This document shows positions 1 to 8,098 of a DNA stretch of 22,563 nt, one piece after another (the first letter of the stretch is position 1; each line of letters opens with the position of its first letter). The notes under the pieces are model-generated. The model saw only the letters and a list, made by a program, of their open reading frames with translations. It had not been told where the DNA came from and did no database searches. The translations under genes were made by a program, and so were the position numbers. The DNA is taken from IMG/VR virus record IMGVR_UViG_2563366825_000028; one strand, written 5' to 3'. The stretch is from a virus. Its lineage: Duplodnaviria; Heunggongvirae; Uroviricota; Caudoviricetes.

Positions 1-714
1 TTTTTTCGCATTTTCTTCCGTTATACTGCCGGGGATCTCAATCACCCCGGACGGCCTGCCGCCATTTCTGAAAAAAGACGTTGAATTTGCCTGAATATGA
101 TGCCCCTGCGTGGCAGCCAGCCCGGCAGCATACACCGGCGGCAGCCCCACAAGCGGATGAAAAAAACAGTTAAACCGGTCGTGGATCACTTCCCTGGCAG
201 GCACCGTCACCGCCTCCGTGATCCCGCAGTTCCGGTCCGGTGTAATGCGATAGAACACCTCGCCGTCATCCGCCACCAGAGGTTCAACCCGGCTCCAGTC
301 CAGAATACGCAGTTCTTTGATCTGCCCCCGGGCATTACGGATTTTCAGCACCACCGTATTGCCGTGACGCAGTTTGGCGTTCAGCCACAGTTCAAAAAAC
401 TGGATGCGGTTCTGCTGGGCGTTGGGACGACGACAGAGGCGGGCAATATCCCCCCGGCGCGTTTCCCTGCGTATCCCATGCGCATCCGTCTGCATAAGAC
501 GCAGCCGCATTTTGGCGATATCCTGGGATATCAGCGAAATACATGCAAACACCGCATGAAAGGAGAGGACGGCTTCAGGATCGGCTTTCACGCCCTGCTG
601 CCAGGCGCCGGAAAAGGGCTCAGCCACCGCCTGAAACAGGCTGGTCCAGCCCACCTCTTTTACATCACGTCCTGATTTCTGGTTTTTTCGGGTTCGCCGC
701 AAAAGGTTCCACAT
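1..714 (-). CDS. Phage portal protein, HK97 family (partial; 3' end lies beyond the window start)
   Basis: Minus-strand frame is open from ATG 714..712 to the window edge, so it is absent from the ORF track (no stop in window). My translation MWNLLRRTRKNQKSGRDVKEVGWTSLFQAVAEP..SFHAVFACISLISQDIAKMRL..RRPNAQQNRIQFFELWLNAKLRHGNTVVLKIRNARGQIKELRILDWSRVEPLVADDGEVFYRI..EVIHDRFNCFFHPLVGLPPV fits the conserved N-terminal motifs of HK97-family portals as I recall them. GGAG lies 8 nt upstream of the ATG. The plus ORF 97..675 is its antisense shadow. Confidence 0.55.
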   Translation of the reverse strand, partial: MWNLLRRTRKNQKSGRDVKEVGWTSLFQAVAEPFSGAWQQGVKADPEAVLSFHAVFACISLISQDIAKMRLRLMQTDAHGIRRETRRGDIARLCRRPNAQQNRIQFFELWLNAKLRHGNTVVLKIRNARGQIKELRILDWSRVEPLVADDGEVFYRITPDRNCGITEAVTVPAREVIHDRFNCFFHPLVGLPPVYAAGLAATQGHHIQANSTSFFRNGGRPSGVIEIPGSITEENAKK

Positions 715-925
715 TCGCCATGCTCCGCATCACGTTTCTTTTTCTGACCTGCCGGACGTCGCACTGTGATGTACTCCGCCTTCCCCAGGCGAACCAGCAC
801 CTCCGCACACGGCTGTGCCACATCACGGATATCCCCGGCCCGGGCATCATGCGTGCCCTGCAGATACTGGATTTTTGCCATCAGTTACTGCGGGAAGCTC
901 GCGCCTCCCGCCCTCCTCATCAGAC

Positions 926-2863
926 TCAGCCGCCGGACGCAGTTCCGTAGTTCACACCGGTGATCACCGCCACCGCCGCGGTACGGCGACGACGCCAGTT
1001 GATCCAGCGCTCCGCACGGATGGCCACGCTGCCTGTCTGGAACATGGAAACCAGCTCCACCGGGGACGGCGTGGTACTGTCGCCGGTCGGCTCAGACTGC
1101 ATTTCCAGTGATGCCTCGCGGGACATATCCACTGCCACGCCGCCGTCATCCGCCAGATAAATATCCGGGGCATTCACCAGCACCAGCTGGTCACCCACGT
1201 ACTGGGAGACAATCACCGGCAGCCCCTGGAAGGAGCCACCCAGCAGGGTCATGTCCGGGTATTCCTTCTGACCCAGCGCATTTTTACGCATGGACAGTGC
1301 CAGGGCATTGGTGCTGGACATCAGCCAGACCGCACCGGTGGGCTGCAGGTTTGCTGCCACAAACTGTCCAAACGCAGCCTCTGCATCCGCATCCGGGTTA
1401 CCGGTTGATGCCGTGCCCTTCACATCATGGGTGATGGACGCCGGGGAGACATCTGCCACTGCGGCTTTTTTCGGGTCCACAAAGTCTGTATCCAGACGCG
1501 CCACCACCGCTTCCGCCAGCGCATTACGGACCAGTGCATCAGCAGCCGGACTGGAAAAACGGATCAATTCTTCCGTCAGTACCGCAATGGCCGACACTTT
1601 CGCATGACTGAAGGTGATGGATTCAAAATCAAACTTCGTCAGGGGTTTTGCCTTACCCTCACCCACCCAGCCGGCAGCACCGCCGGACACCTGGGCGTGC
1701 ACACGGATATTGAACGGCACCTGACGAAGTGCAGGGATCCCGCCCTGACCAAATCGCCCGATAATGGTCTGCGGACGCAGGTAATCAATAAAGTCCTGTG
1801 CGTATTCCTGATATTCAGACAGGCTGCCTGCCCACTGCGGATCCGTGGTGGTCCCCGCGCCCACTGCCGATTTCAGGACATGATGCAGACGACTGTCATC
1901 CGGATACTGACGACGGGCCACTTCCAGGGCTTCAGATCGGACGCCTTTAGCCGCAGCCAGCGATTTGGCAAAGCGGGCGAAGCCAATCCCCTTATCCAGT
2001 TTCTGCTCCACACGGATCACCGGCGCAGAAGCCACCGCGGCCACATTCCCGTTACCGGCCTGTTTCACCGGCTGCGCCGTGGCGGCCTTACCGGCTTCCA
2101 GTTCACGCAGGCGCTTCAGGTGCGCATCCACCTGACGGATTTCCGCTGCGGTGTTGTCGTAATGCTCTTCCTCCTCCACATCCAGCGTGCGCCCTTCCTC
2201 TGCGGCTTTGGTCATGACCTCCTCAAGGGAGGCTGCCAGCGCTGCACGCTTGTTTTCAAAACTTTTAATCTGTTCGCCAATATTCATTATGGTCTTTTCC
2301 TTATGAAAAACGGTTGTTGACTGTGCCGCAGCGCCGGCAGAAGATGCGATTTTCACCACCGGTTTCCGGTTGCCGGACGCGGCAGAAAACGGGCGGTCGT
2401 AAGATTTAATGGTCCGGATGGTGCATTCCGCATTCGCGGGCACGGTGACGGCAGACACCTCCATCAGTTCCCAGCGCATAAAATGCAGTCCGCCTCCGTC
2501 CAGAAAGGTGTATTCATGGGGACGGAAGCCCACGGACAGCCCCCTGACCAGCCCGGTCTTAATGGCCGCCCAGACCTCATCCAGCCGGGCAGCCAGTTGC
2601 GACGGCATATCCGGTACGGGCTTCACCAGTGTTGCCGTGATTTCCAGCCCTTCGCTGACCCGGCGCACCGTACACTGCCCCACCGGGCGGGAATGGTCAT
2701 GCTGCCAGAGAAACGGGATCGCACTGCCAAACTCCGCGCCCTCCGGCTCCAGGATGTCACCATCCCGATCCGGAGAAGGCGTTGACGCAATCCCGGTGAT
2801 CACCCGTTCATCCTCACTGAAGGATTTCACCGTCAGCAGGGAACAGGCCCGTTTAAGAGTCAC
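926..2863 (-). CDS. Fused prohead protease / scaffold / HK97-fold major capsid protein (645 aa)
   Basis: The N-terminal ~160 aa look like an HK97-family prohead protease (FLWQHDHSRPVG, GLSVGF, ELMEVSAVTVPAN). The middle is a charged coiled-coil-like linker (EEEEHYDNTAAEIRQVDAHLKRLRELEAG). The C-terminus looks like an HK97-fold major capsid protein (GWVGEGKAKPLTKFDFESITFSHAKVSAIAVLTEELIRFS ... RAERWINWRRR). GTG start at 2863 with AGGAGG 5 nt upstream. Confidence 0.85.
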   Translation of the reverse strand: MTLKRACSLLTVKSFSEDERVITGIASTPSPDRDGDILEPEGAEFGSAIPFLWQHDHSRPVGQCTVRRVSEGLEITATLVKPVPDMPSQLAARLDEVWAAIKTGLVRGLSVGFRPHEYTFLDGGGLHFMRWELMEVSAVTVPANAECTIRTIKSYDRPFSAASGNRKPVVKIASSAGAAAQSTTVFHKEKTIMNIGEQIKSFENKRAALAASLEEVMTKAAEEGRTLDVEEEEHYDNTAAEIRQVDAHLKRLRELEAGKAATAQPVKQAGNGNVAAVASAPVIRVEQKLDKGIGFARFAKSLAAAKGVRSEALEVARRQYPDDSRLHHVLKSAVGAGTTTDPQWAGSLSEYQEYAQDFIDYLRPQTIIGRFGQGGIPALRQVPFNIRVHAQVSGGAAGWVGEGKAKPLTKFDFESITFSHAKVSAIAVLTEELIRFSSPAADALVRNALAEAVVARLDTDFVDPKKAAVADVSPASITHDVKGTASTGNPDADAEAAFGQFVAANLQPTGAVWLMSSTNALALSMRKNALGQKEYPDMTLLGGSFQGLPVIVSQYVGDQLVLVNAPDIYLADDGGVAVDMSREASLEMQSEPTGDSTTPSPVELVSMFQTGSVAIRAERWINWRRRRTAAVAVITGVNYGTASGG

Positions 2864-2926
2864 ATCAGCCTCCTGAAAATAAAAAAACCGCCGGAGCGGT
2901 TCGTGATGGTTACAGTGTGAACAGGG

Positions 2927-4588
2927 TTATATGAAAAAAACCGCATATTCTTTCTTTTTCGGTTCCGGGTTAAGGGACATCAGGGAGACCGCATTGAACA
3001 GCGCCATCAGCGGGTCAATTTTTCCCCGTCCACTGGCCTGTTTGGTGATAAGAATGGCGTTACCTTTAGGCTCCACCCGGGCATTGCCGACACACCAGGC
3101 CATCAGGGGCTGGTCACCATGCACCAGCACCCCTTCAGCCAGTTTGCGCTCGGTGGTTTTAATGGCCCCGCCCAGTTTCCAGCCCTGGCTTATCCCCACC
3201 ACAATTCCGTCGGGGATCCCGGCTTCCGCCAGTGAATCCAGAATCTGCCCCACCCCTGACGGGTCAATACCGATATGGTCCAGTAACTCAGCCTCATGAA
3301 TGCGACGCACATATTCCGCCACTTCCGCCGTGTCATCCCCGATACGCCGGACAATGGTCATATCTCCACAGGCAACAAGATCCTGAAACCGGGACGCCTC
3401 GCTCTTCCGTCGGACCACCGCGGTTTCATGCGCCCAGGCATGGCCCCAGCCCAGCCATTCGCGGGTCTCCCGGTCACGCCCAATCACATACATCCCCAGC
3501 AGATCATCCAGCCCTCCGCCGTCAATCCCCACCGTCACCACATCAGCACGACGCAGGATATCGTCCAGGCTGATACAACGGCCCTGCTCTTCCCAGAAAT
3601 CAGCCCCCGCCCAGCGGTCAGAGCGCAGGGCAAGACCAATTTCCACATTGGCGTGTTTTGACATGAACCCCCGGAATGTCTCTTCACCGGCTTCCCGGGC
3701 TTTACGGTACTCCCGGTACAGAAAGGCCTCATCCACTGAATAGCCGAGATTCGGATTGACCATGGCGAGGTTTTCCATCAGCAGGTGAGCCCCGCTTTCC
3801 ACCATTTCAGGAGGGTGTTCAAATATCACCGGCAGAAAGTGCGGATCATGAATTTTGCCGTCGCGCACATCCCGGGCGTACTGCAGTTTCTGTCTGAACA
3901 CCCCGGCGGGCGGTTCATTCGACTGGGTGGTCGTATACACCACAAACCCTTCCGGGCGGGAGGCAAGGCCGCCGATGGCTTCACGTAACATGTCCTCCGC
4001 CTTGTACTGCTTGCCAAACAGCCACAACTCATCAATCAGCGTACCCACGGACTTGATACCGGACACCGTATTCGGATCGGCTGCCACCACCTTCAGGGTG
4101 GTGTCTGTCACCCTGTGGGTGATGGTCCGGATATGGGTCTGTACCTGGCAGAGGTCATCCAGATCATCGTCACGTCGTACCATATCCCGGGCAGGGTTGA
4201 AGGCGTTGGCCGCCACCTCCACAGTCGGGGCCAGAATCGTGTAACCCGCCGCCTGCCGCCAGTTCAGTAACAGCGCCGTCATCATGATCCCCGCGGCCAG
4301 CGTGGACTTCGAGTTTTTCTTGGGGATAAGGATAAAAACTTCCTTGATATGGCGTACACCGGTCTGCGCATCGTAGGAGCCAAACAGGGCCGCCACCAGG
4401 TCAAACACCCACGGTGCACAGGACTCCCCGAACGTAGGGCTACCAGGTGCATCCACAATCCGCAGTTGTTTAAAAATCGCCAGGGCATGTGCGGCCTCGT
4501 CCGGATAAATCGGATCCGGAATAATCGACAGCCCCTTTTTCAGGCGCTCAGCCCAGTCCGGGCAGGCTGTGCTCCATACAGGTATCAT
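2927..4588 (-). CDS. Terminase large subunit (Terminase_1-type ATPase/nuclease)
   Basis: 553 aa. Walker-A-like segment ILIPKKNSKSTLAAGIMMTALLL and C-terminal nuclease-domain motifs (VTVGIDGGG.DD, KIDPLMALFNAVSLM). The ATG at 4588 overlaps the terS stop (ATGA coupling). Confidence 0.9.
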   Translation of the reverse strand: MIPVWSTACPDWAERLKKGLSIIPDPIYPDEAAHALAIFKQLRIVDAPGSPTFGESCAPWVFDLVAALFGSYDAQTGVRHIKEVFILIPKKNSKSTLAAGIMMTALLLNWRQAAGYTILAPTVEVAANAFNPARDMVRRDDDLDDLCQVQTHIRTITHRVTDTTLKVVAADPNTVSGIKSVGTLIDELWLFGKQYKAEDMLREAIGGLASRPEGFVVYTTTQSNEPPAGVFRQKLQYARDVRDGKIHDPHFLPVIFEHPPEMVESGAHLLMENLAMVNPNLGYSVDEAFLYREYRKAREAGEETFRGFMSKHANVEIGLALRSDRWAGADFWEEQGRCISLDDILRRADVVTVGIDGGGLDDLLGMYVIGRDRETREWLGWGHAWAHETAVVRRKSEASRFQDLVACGDMTIVRRIGDDTAEVAEYVRRIHEAELLDHIGIDPSGVGQILDSLAEAGIPDGIVVGISQGWKLGGAIKTTERKLAEGVLVHGDQPLMAWCVGNARVEPKGNAILITKQASGRGKIDPLMALFNAVSLMSLNPEPKKKEYAVFFI

Positions 4589-5148
4589 CCGTTGCCCTCA
4601 TTATCGTTATTCACCACCAGTCGGGGTGGCGGTGGCACCGCAAAACGGTTAGCCGCTTTTTTCGCGGCATCACCTTTTGCCGATTTTTTCCCGGTATCCC
4701 CTTTTTTATGGTGCGTGAACTGCGCCAGACGCCAGGCCGCATCCAGTGCCAGTTTCGGATCAATGCAGAGGTTTTCCACCAGGATCCGCCCCATGGCTTT
4801 CACCGGATCGGGAAGACCATCCTCCATATATTCAATACCAGGAGACATCACCGCGGACGGTGGCATCTCCGGATTGTTTTCGTCCGGCTGTGGTATTGCA
4901 GCCGCCTCACGGCGACGGGGTTTATCCTCCTGCTCTGATTTTTTCTGCCGGTAAACAGGAACCTCATCCACCTCCACCGTTTCGCACTGTTTACGGGCTA
5001 TAAACGCGAGCACCTCCGGATCTTTTGCCAGCTGCGAGCCTTTAACCCTGGCGGTCTTCGCCGAATAACCGGCGGCAATGGCTGACGCTGTTTTGTTTTT
5101 CCCGGACATGAGCGCCAGCGCAAATTTTCGTTTTTGCGTTGTCAGCAC
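4585..5148 (-). CDS. Terminase small subunit (Terminase_2 / P27-type)
   Basis: N-terminus LTTQKRKFALALMSGKNKTASAIAAGYSAKTARVKGSQLAKDPEV fits the HTH signature of Terminase_2 small subunits. GTG start with GGAGGAGG upstream; the stop overlaps the terL start. Confidence 0.75.
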   Translation of the reverse strand: MLTTQKRKFALALMSGKNKTASAIAAGYSAKTARVKGSQLAKDPEVLAFIARKQCETVEVDEVPVYRQKKSEQEDKPRRREAAAIPQPDENNPEMPPSAVMSPGIEYMEDGLPDPVKAMGRILVENLCIDPKLALDAAWRLAQFTHHKKGDTGKKSAKGDAAKKAANRFAVPPPPRLVVNNDNEGNG

Positions 5149-5222
5149 AGCCTCCTCCCGGGTCCAGAACGCACTCAGCCGGGTATGGTTCAGCCCATTT
5201 TTCCCGGCGTCTCATGCCGCAA

Positions 5223-5346
5223 ATGTTAACTGCTGCCTGGTTAACATTTGCTGAAAAAGCCAGTTAACATTTTTTCCGCACAACAAACTGAATAATAAAG
5301 ATAAAAACCGCAAAAATGCCCGGGCAGCCAGTTAACATGTTAACTG
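5223..5346. repeat. Cluster of five GTTAAC-centred motifs, including the perfect 18-bp palindrome CAGTTAACATGTTAACTG (5329-5346); candidate cos / terminase-recognition region
   Basis: Copies are ATGTTAACTG (5223-5232), GGTTAACAT (5239-5247), CAGTTAACAT (5261-5270) and the palindrome at 5329-5346. They lie in the 289-bp gap between the HNH stop and the terS start, where HK97-like cos phages carry cos. Confidence 0.6.
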
Positions 5347-5437
5347 CCCTGAAACGGGAATTTTTTCTCTGCGTGAGAGGGGGCGCGGTGTCCGGGACGA
5401 TCGTTTTTATCGCCGGATGATCCCCCCCCAGGGCGGG

Positions 5438-5803
5438 TCACAGTCCGATGATATCGTCTGCCCTGCCACGACCTCCGGACACTTCCGGCAACGTCGGGTC
5501 CGGCATACCACTCGCCGCTTCACTGGCTGACTTCTGGCGATGACATTCAGTACAGAGCGTCCAGAGATTCGTCTCCTCATTACCACCACCGAACTGAAGT
5601 GCAATTCGGTGATCGAGTTCACTGTCACAGAGGTCAACCACACGCCCACAGAGACAGCACTGCCCGGCGTCCCTCAGCCAGATATGACGCTTGAGGGAAA
5701 CACGTGCACTGCCACTGACACGACGCTGTTCCCCCTTCAGAATATTCACCCGTCGGGTATTCAGTGTTTTGATTCTGCTCTGGAGTGTACGAAGCTCAGC
5801 CAT
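5438..5803 (-). CDS. HNH homing-type endonuclease (terminase-associated)
   Basis: 121 aa with the HNH motif CCLCGRVVDLCDSELDHRIALQFGGGNEETNLWTLCTECH. ATG at 5803 with GGGGA RBS. Sits directly upstream of terS, as HNH proteins do in cos-packaging phages. Confidence 0.85.
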   Translation of the reverse strand: MAELRTLQSRIKTLNTRRVNILKGEQRRVSGSARVSLKRHIWLRDAGQCCLCGRVVDLCDSELDHRIALQFGGGNEETNLWTLCTECHRQKSASEAASGMPDPTLPEVSGGRGRADDIIGL

Positions 5804-5844
5804 GTAAAATCCCCGTCATATGGCAATCAGTAAAGGAAATAAAT

Positions 5845-6045
5845 ATGTCATCGAAAAACCGGACCCGCAGAACCACAACCCGCAATATCCGTTTCCCCAA
5901 TCACATGATTGAACAGATCAACATCGCCCTTGAGCATAAAGGATCCGGTAACTTTTCAGCGTGGGTTATTGAAGCCTGCAGGAGAAGGCTGGCAACAGAT
6001 GCAACGCATCTGCGCCCGGCCAGCATGAAAAATAACGAGAAATGA
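5845..6045 (+). CDS. Small YlcI/YnfO-like (DUF3950) prophage protein, possible ribbon-helix-helix fold
   Basis: 66 aa, MSSKNRTRRTTTRNIRFPNHMIEQINIALEHKGSGNFSAWVIEACRRRL..., with AAAGGAAA RBS before ATG 5845. It resembles the small YlcI/YnfO proteins of E. coli cryptic prophages (from memory). The track ORF 5785..6045 starts further upstream in frame, but the RBS supports 5845. Confidence 0.6.
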   Translation: MSSKNRTRRTTTRNIRFPNHMIEQINIALEHKGSGNFSAWVIEACRRRLATDATHLRPASMKNNEK

Positions 6046-6176
6046 ACGTTCGGTTACAGGAGCAGGTACCCACTGTCCTCCAACAATATTTCATCTTCAT
6101 ATCCGACGGAACAAGACTTACCCTGCCGGGATGTACAGAATAACAACAGAGTGATAATTAATTTCTGATGAAATAA

Positions 6177-6509
6177 TCAGGGTGCAGAAGGACTAAAGAT
6201 AAACGTTTTCTTCACGCCTTTACACGGCCTGTCCTTCTCAAATCGCCATTTTGCCATCGCCTTTACAACCTGCTCATCAAACAAATGGTGCGGCTCTGAA
6301 CGGATAAACTCAATTCGGGTGACAGTACCATCAGCACCAATATCAAACTTCACATCAACCCGTCCCTTTATATAATTTGCCGCTGCATAGGCCGGATATT
6401 GTGGTAATGCCTTCACCAACTGTCGGGGCATATCTGTTTTATGTTGCGTACAGCCCATAACCAGAGAAGACAACAAAATAATTAACGGAAGATTTCTTTT
6501 CATTTTCAT
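6177..6509 (-). CDS. Lipoprotein with TonB C-terminal-like domain (prophage accessory gene)
   Basis: Signal peptide plus lipobox (MKMKRNLPLIILLSSLVMGC), then PQYPAYAAANYIKGRVDVKFDIGADGTVTRIEFIRSEPHHLFDEQVVKAMAKWRFE, which fits the TonB_C signature (YP..A...G.V.V.F.....G.V.......S.....FD.....A...WRF). Start taken at ATG 6509; the track uses GTG 6518. Confidence 0.75.
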   Translation of the reverse strand: MKMKRNLPLIILLSSLVMGCTQHKTDMPRQLVKALPQYPAYAAANYIKGRVDVKFDIGADGTVTRIEFIRSEPHHLFDEQVVKAMAKWRFEKDRPCKGVKKTFIFSPSAP

Positions 6510-6523
6510 TCCCGGCACAGATA

Positions 6524-6540
6524 AGAATAAGTCTTATTCT
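6524..6540. promoter_or_regulatory. 17-bp palindrome AGAATAAG-T-CTTATTCT just upstream of the TonB-like gene (candidate operator, loosely Fur-box-like)
   Basis: Perfect inverted repeat about 17 nt upstream of the start codon. In context it reads GATAAGAATAAGTCTTATTC, which matches the Fur box GATAATGATAATCATTATC at 13 of 19 positions by my alignment. Confidence 0.35.
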
Positions 6541-6936
6541 AACAATGCCACCCTGTCGGTCATCAATCCTCTGCTTGATGGCAACGACAATTATCCGACT
6601 TAAATCACAAATCAGACACATAACAGGGCTTGCGAGGTAACACATCGTCCGGTTTCTTCCACCATCGCACCGGACGAGCGACCATGAGGGGACAACGCCG
6701 CGCGCCGTTAACGCGGTAAACCCCGGTGTGTATCGTTTTTGATTATCCCCGCACACTCGCGCAGAGGAGTCTCCCGGTCGGGCTGCGGTCATGGTTAATG
6801 CGGGAATACGGCGACGATACAGCGCATGATATGTCAGGCTTGAATACCTTTATCCGTTAAAAAGGATATCAGTTAAGTTATCCCGTGCAGGGTATAAGCC
6901 ATTATCAAGCCCACCAGTAGATGGGCTTTGTAATGG

Positions 6937-7194
6937 CTACTTCGCTTTTGCTTCCGCTCGCTTACACCGGCGCTTTTCTTTCTTCTCGGCTTTTGCCATG
7001 TCCATGAATGCCTGCATGATCGAGTTCCGCATCATGTAGCTGACAAAGTGATGATTGACACAGCCGTTGAGGCGCAACTGCTCGCCAAACTCATCCACCG
7101 AGGCCAATGCTTCCATCACGCCCTTCTCGCCTTTCATGAACGCTGAGAAGTCGCGCCCCGCTCTGGAGGCGCATTCAATGACACGATCACTCAT
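6937..7194 (-). CDS. Hypothetical protein (85 aa), translationally coupled to the KilA-N gene
   Basis: ATGA overlap with the upstream gene stop (7191-7194). Lys/Arg-rich C-terminal tail. No family recognised. Confidence 0.5.
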   Translation of the reverse strand: MSDRVIECASRAGRDFSAFMKGEKGVMEALASVDEFGEQLRLNGCVNHHFVSYMMRNSIMQAFMDMAKAEKKEKRRCKRAEAKAK

Positions 7195-7688
7195 CCCGGA
7201 AGCCCGGGGATTGTGATCTGCAACTGGTTAGCCAGGGAGTTAATCTCAGCGATCAAACCAGGTTTCGTGTAGCGCCATGCCGCAAGGCCTTGCCCGCAGA
7301 AGCTCGCCATATCTTTTTTCTGATCAAACTCATGACACTTCATATTGAGCTGCGCACTTAAGCTGTTGCGATGCTGGAGTTCTCCGGTGAAGTAGTCATC
7401 CAGGACTTTATAGGCTGCATATTTAAATCCGGGGTTTAGCCATGCTGCATAATCATAAGCAACAAACTTCCCGCCATATGTTCCACCGTGTACACCGCGC
7501 TCAGTAAAAACCACAGATTCGTGGTTTTTCTCCAGCTCGGCTAAGAACTCTTTGGTCTGCTTGTTTCGCAGGTAGTGGTACGGAGATTCAGATTCACTTT
7601 TACCACTGGCTTTCCACATATCAGTGAGGCAGATCATGCCATCTTCAGCGACACGGATTGGCTGATTGAAGAGGGTTAATGATTTCAT
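7191..7688 (-). CDS. KilA-N domain protein (antirepressor/Bro-N-like)
   Basis: MKSLTLFNQPIRVAEDGMICLTDMWKASGK... is typical of the KilA-N DNA-binding domain. ATG 7688 has AGGT 8 nt upstream; the track's GTG at 7757 is an in-frame alternative. Confidence 0.75.
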   Translation of the reverse strand: MKSLTLFNQPIRVAEDGMICLTDMWKASGKSESESPYHYLRNKQTKEFLAELEKNHESVVFTERGVHGGTYGGKFVAYDYAAWLNPGFKYAAYKVLDDYFTGELQHRNSLSAQLNMKCHEFDQKKDMASFCGQGLAAWRYTKPGLIAEINSLANQLQITIPGLPG

Positions 7689-7841
7689 GTCGTATACCTG
7701 TTCTTTGAAATGAACCTTTGCCGCATAGGAAACCAGCCCACCGAGGCTCGCCAGCACTAACTGGTATCCTCAAAGGCTCATTCCAAAGGGGCAGGCTCGG
7801 TGGTTATCATGCGCTGCGGTGCGCGGTGAAATTCAGATATG

Positions 7842-7867
7842 AAAAAGCCCACGCGTTTACGTGGGCT
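7842..7867 (-). terminator. Candidate rho-independent terminator (minus-strand sense)
   Basis: Stem AGCCCACG / CGTGGGCT with a 6-nt loop, followed on the minus strand by TTTTT (plus-strand A run 7842-7846). Confidence 0.5.
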
Positions 7868-8098
7868 GGTGTGCATGACGTCAGGACTAACCGATGAGTT
7901 TTAAATCAGCTTTTCGGTGTTTTTTCTGATCGGTATAAAAATTTTCATGTGGACCGATGCTAAGGAGGTAGAGCTCAAGTTTATCGTCAAGCCAGCTGTA
8001 ACCCAGAAGCACCAGTTGATTATTCAGCTGAAATTTATGCACACTGAACCGCCCCGGAAATCCTGGAGACTAAACTCCCTGAGAAAGAGGTAAACAGG

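Noticed and set aside
97-675. 192-aa plus-strand ORF
   Set aside because: Antisense shadow of the portal-like gene in GC-rich DNA. Arg/Pro/His-rich low-complexity translation, no RBS, no recognisable motifs.
660-881. 73-aa minus-strand ORF between the capsid gene and the portal start
   Set aside because: Overlaps the better-supported portal start (ATG 714 with GGAG RBS) in another frame; no RBS; composition typical of a chance ORF.
1427-2320. 297-aa plus-strand ORF
   Set aside because: Lies entirely antisense to the protease/capsid fusion gene, which has strong family motifs. Its translation is Arg/His/Gly-rich with no motif.
2931-3661. Several plus-strand ORFs (122, 113, 121 aa)
   Set aside because: All antisense to terL; Pro/Arg/His-rich translations typical of GC-rich antisense frames.
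6439-6792. 117-aa minus-strand ORF
   Set aside because: GTG start without RBS, overlaps the 5' end of the TonB-like gene in another frame, and runs into structured non-coding DNA.
7947-8043. Plus-strand ORF MWTDAKEVELKFIVKPAVTQKHQL... running into the IS left end, with an AAGGAGGT sequence nearby
   Set aside because: The SD-like sequence has no start codon at the right spacing and the ORF start lacks an RBS. It may be a remnant of a gene disrupted by the IS, but there is not enough evidence to call it.
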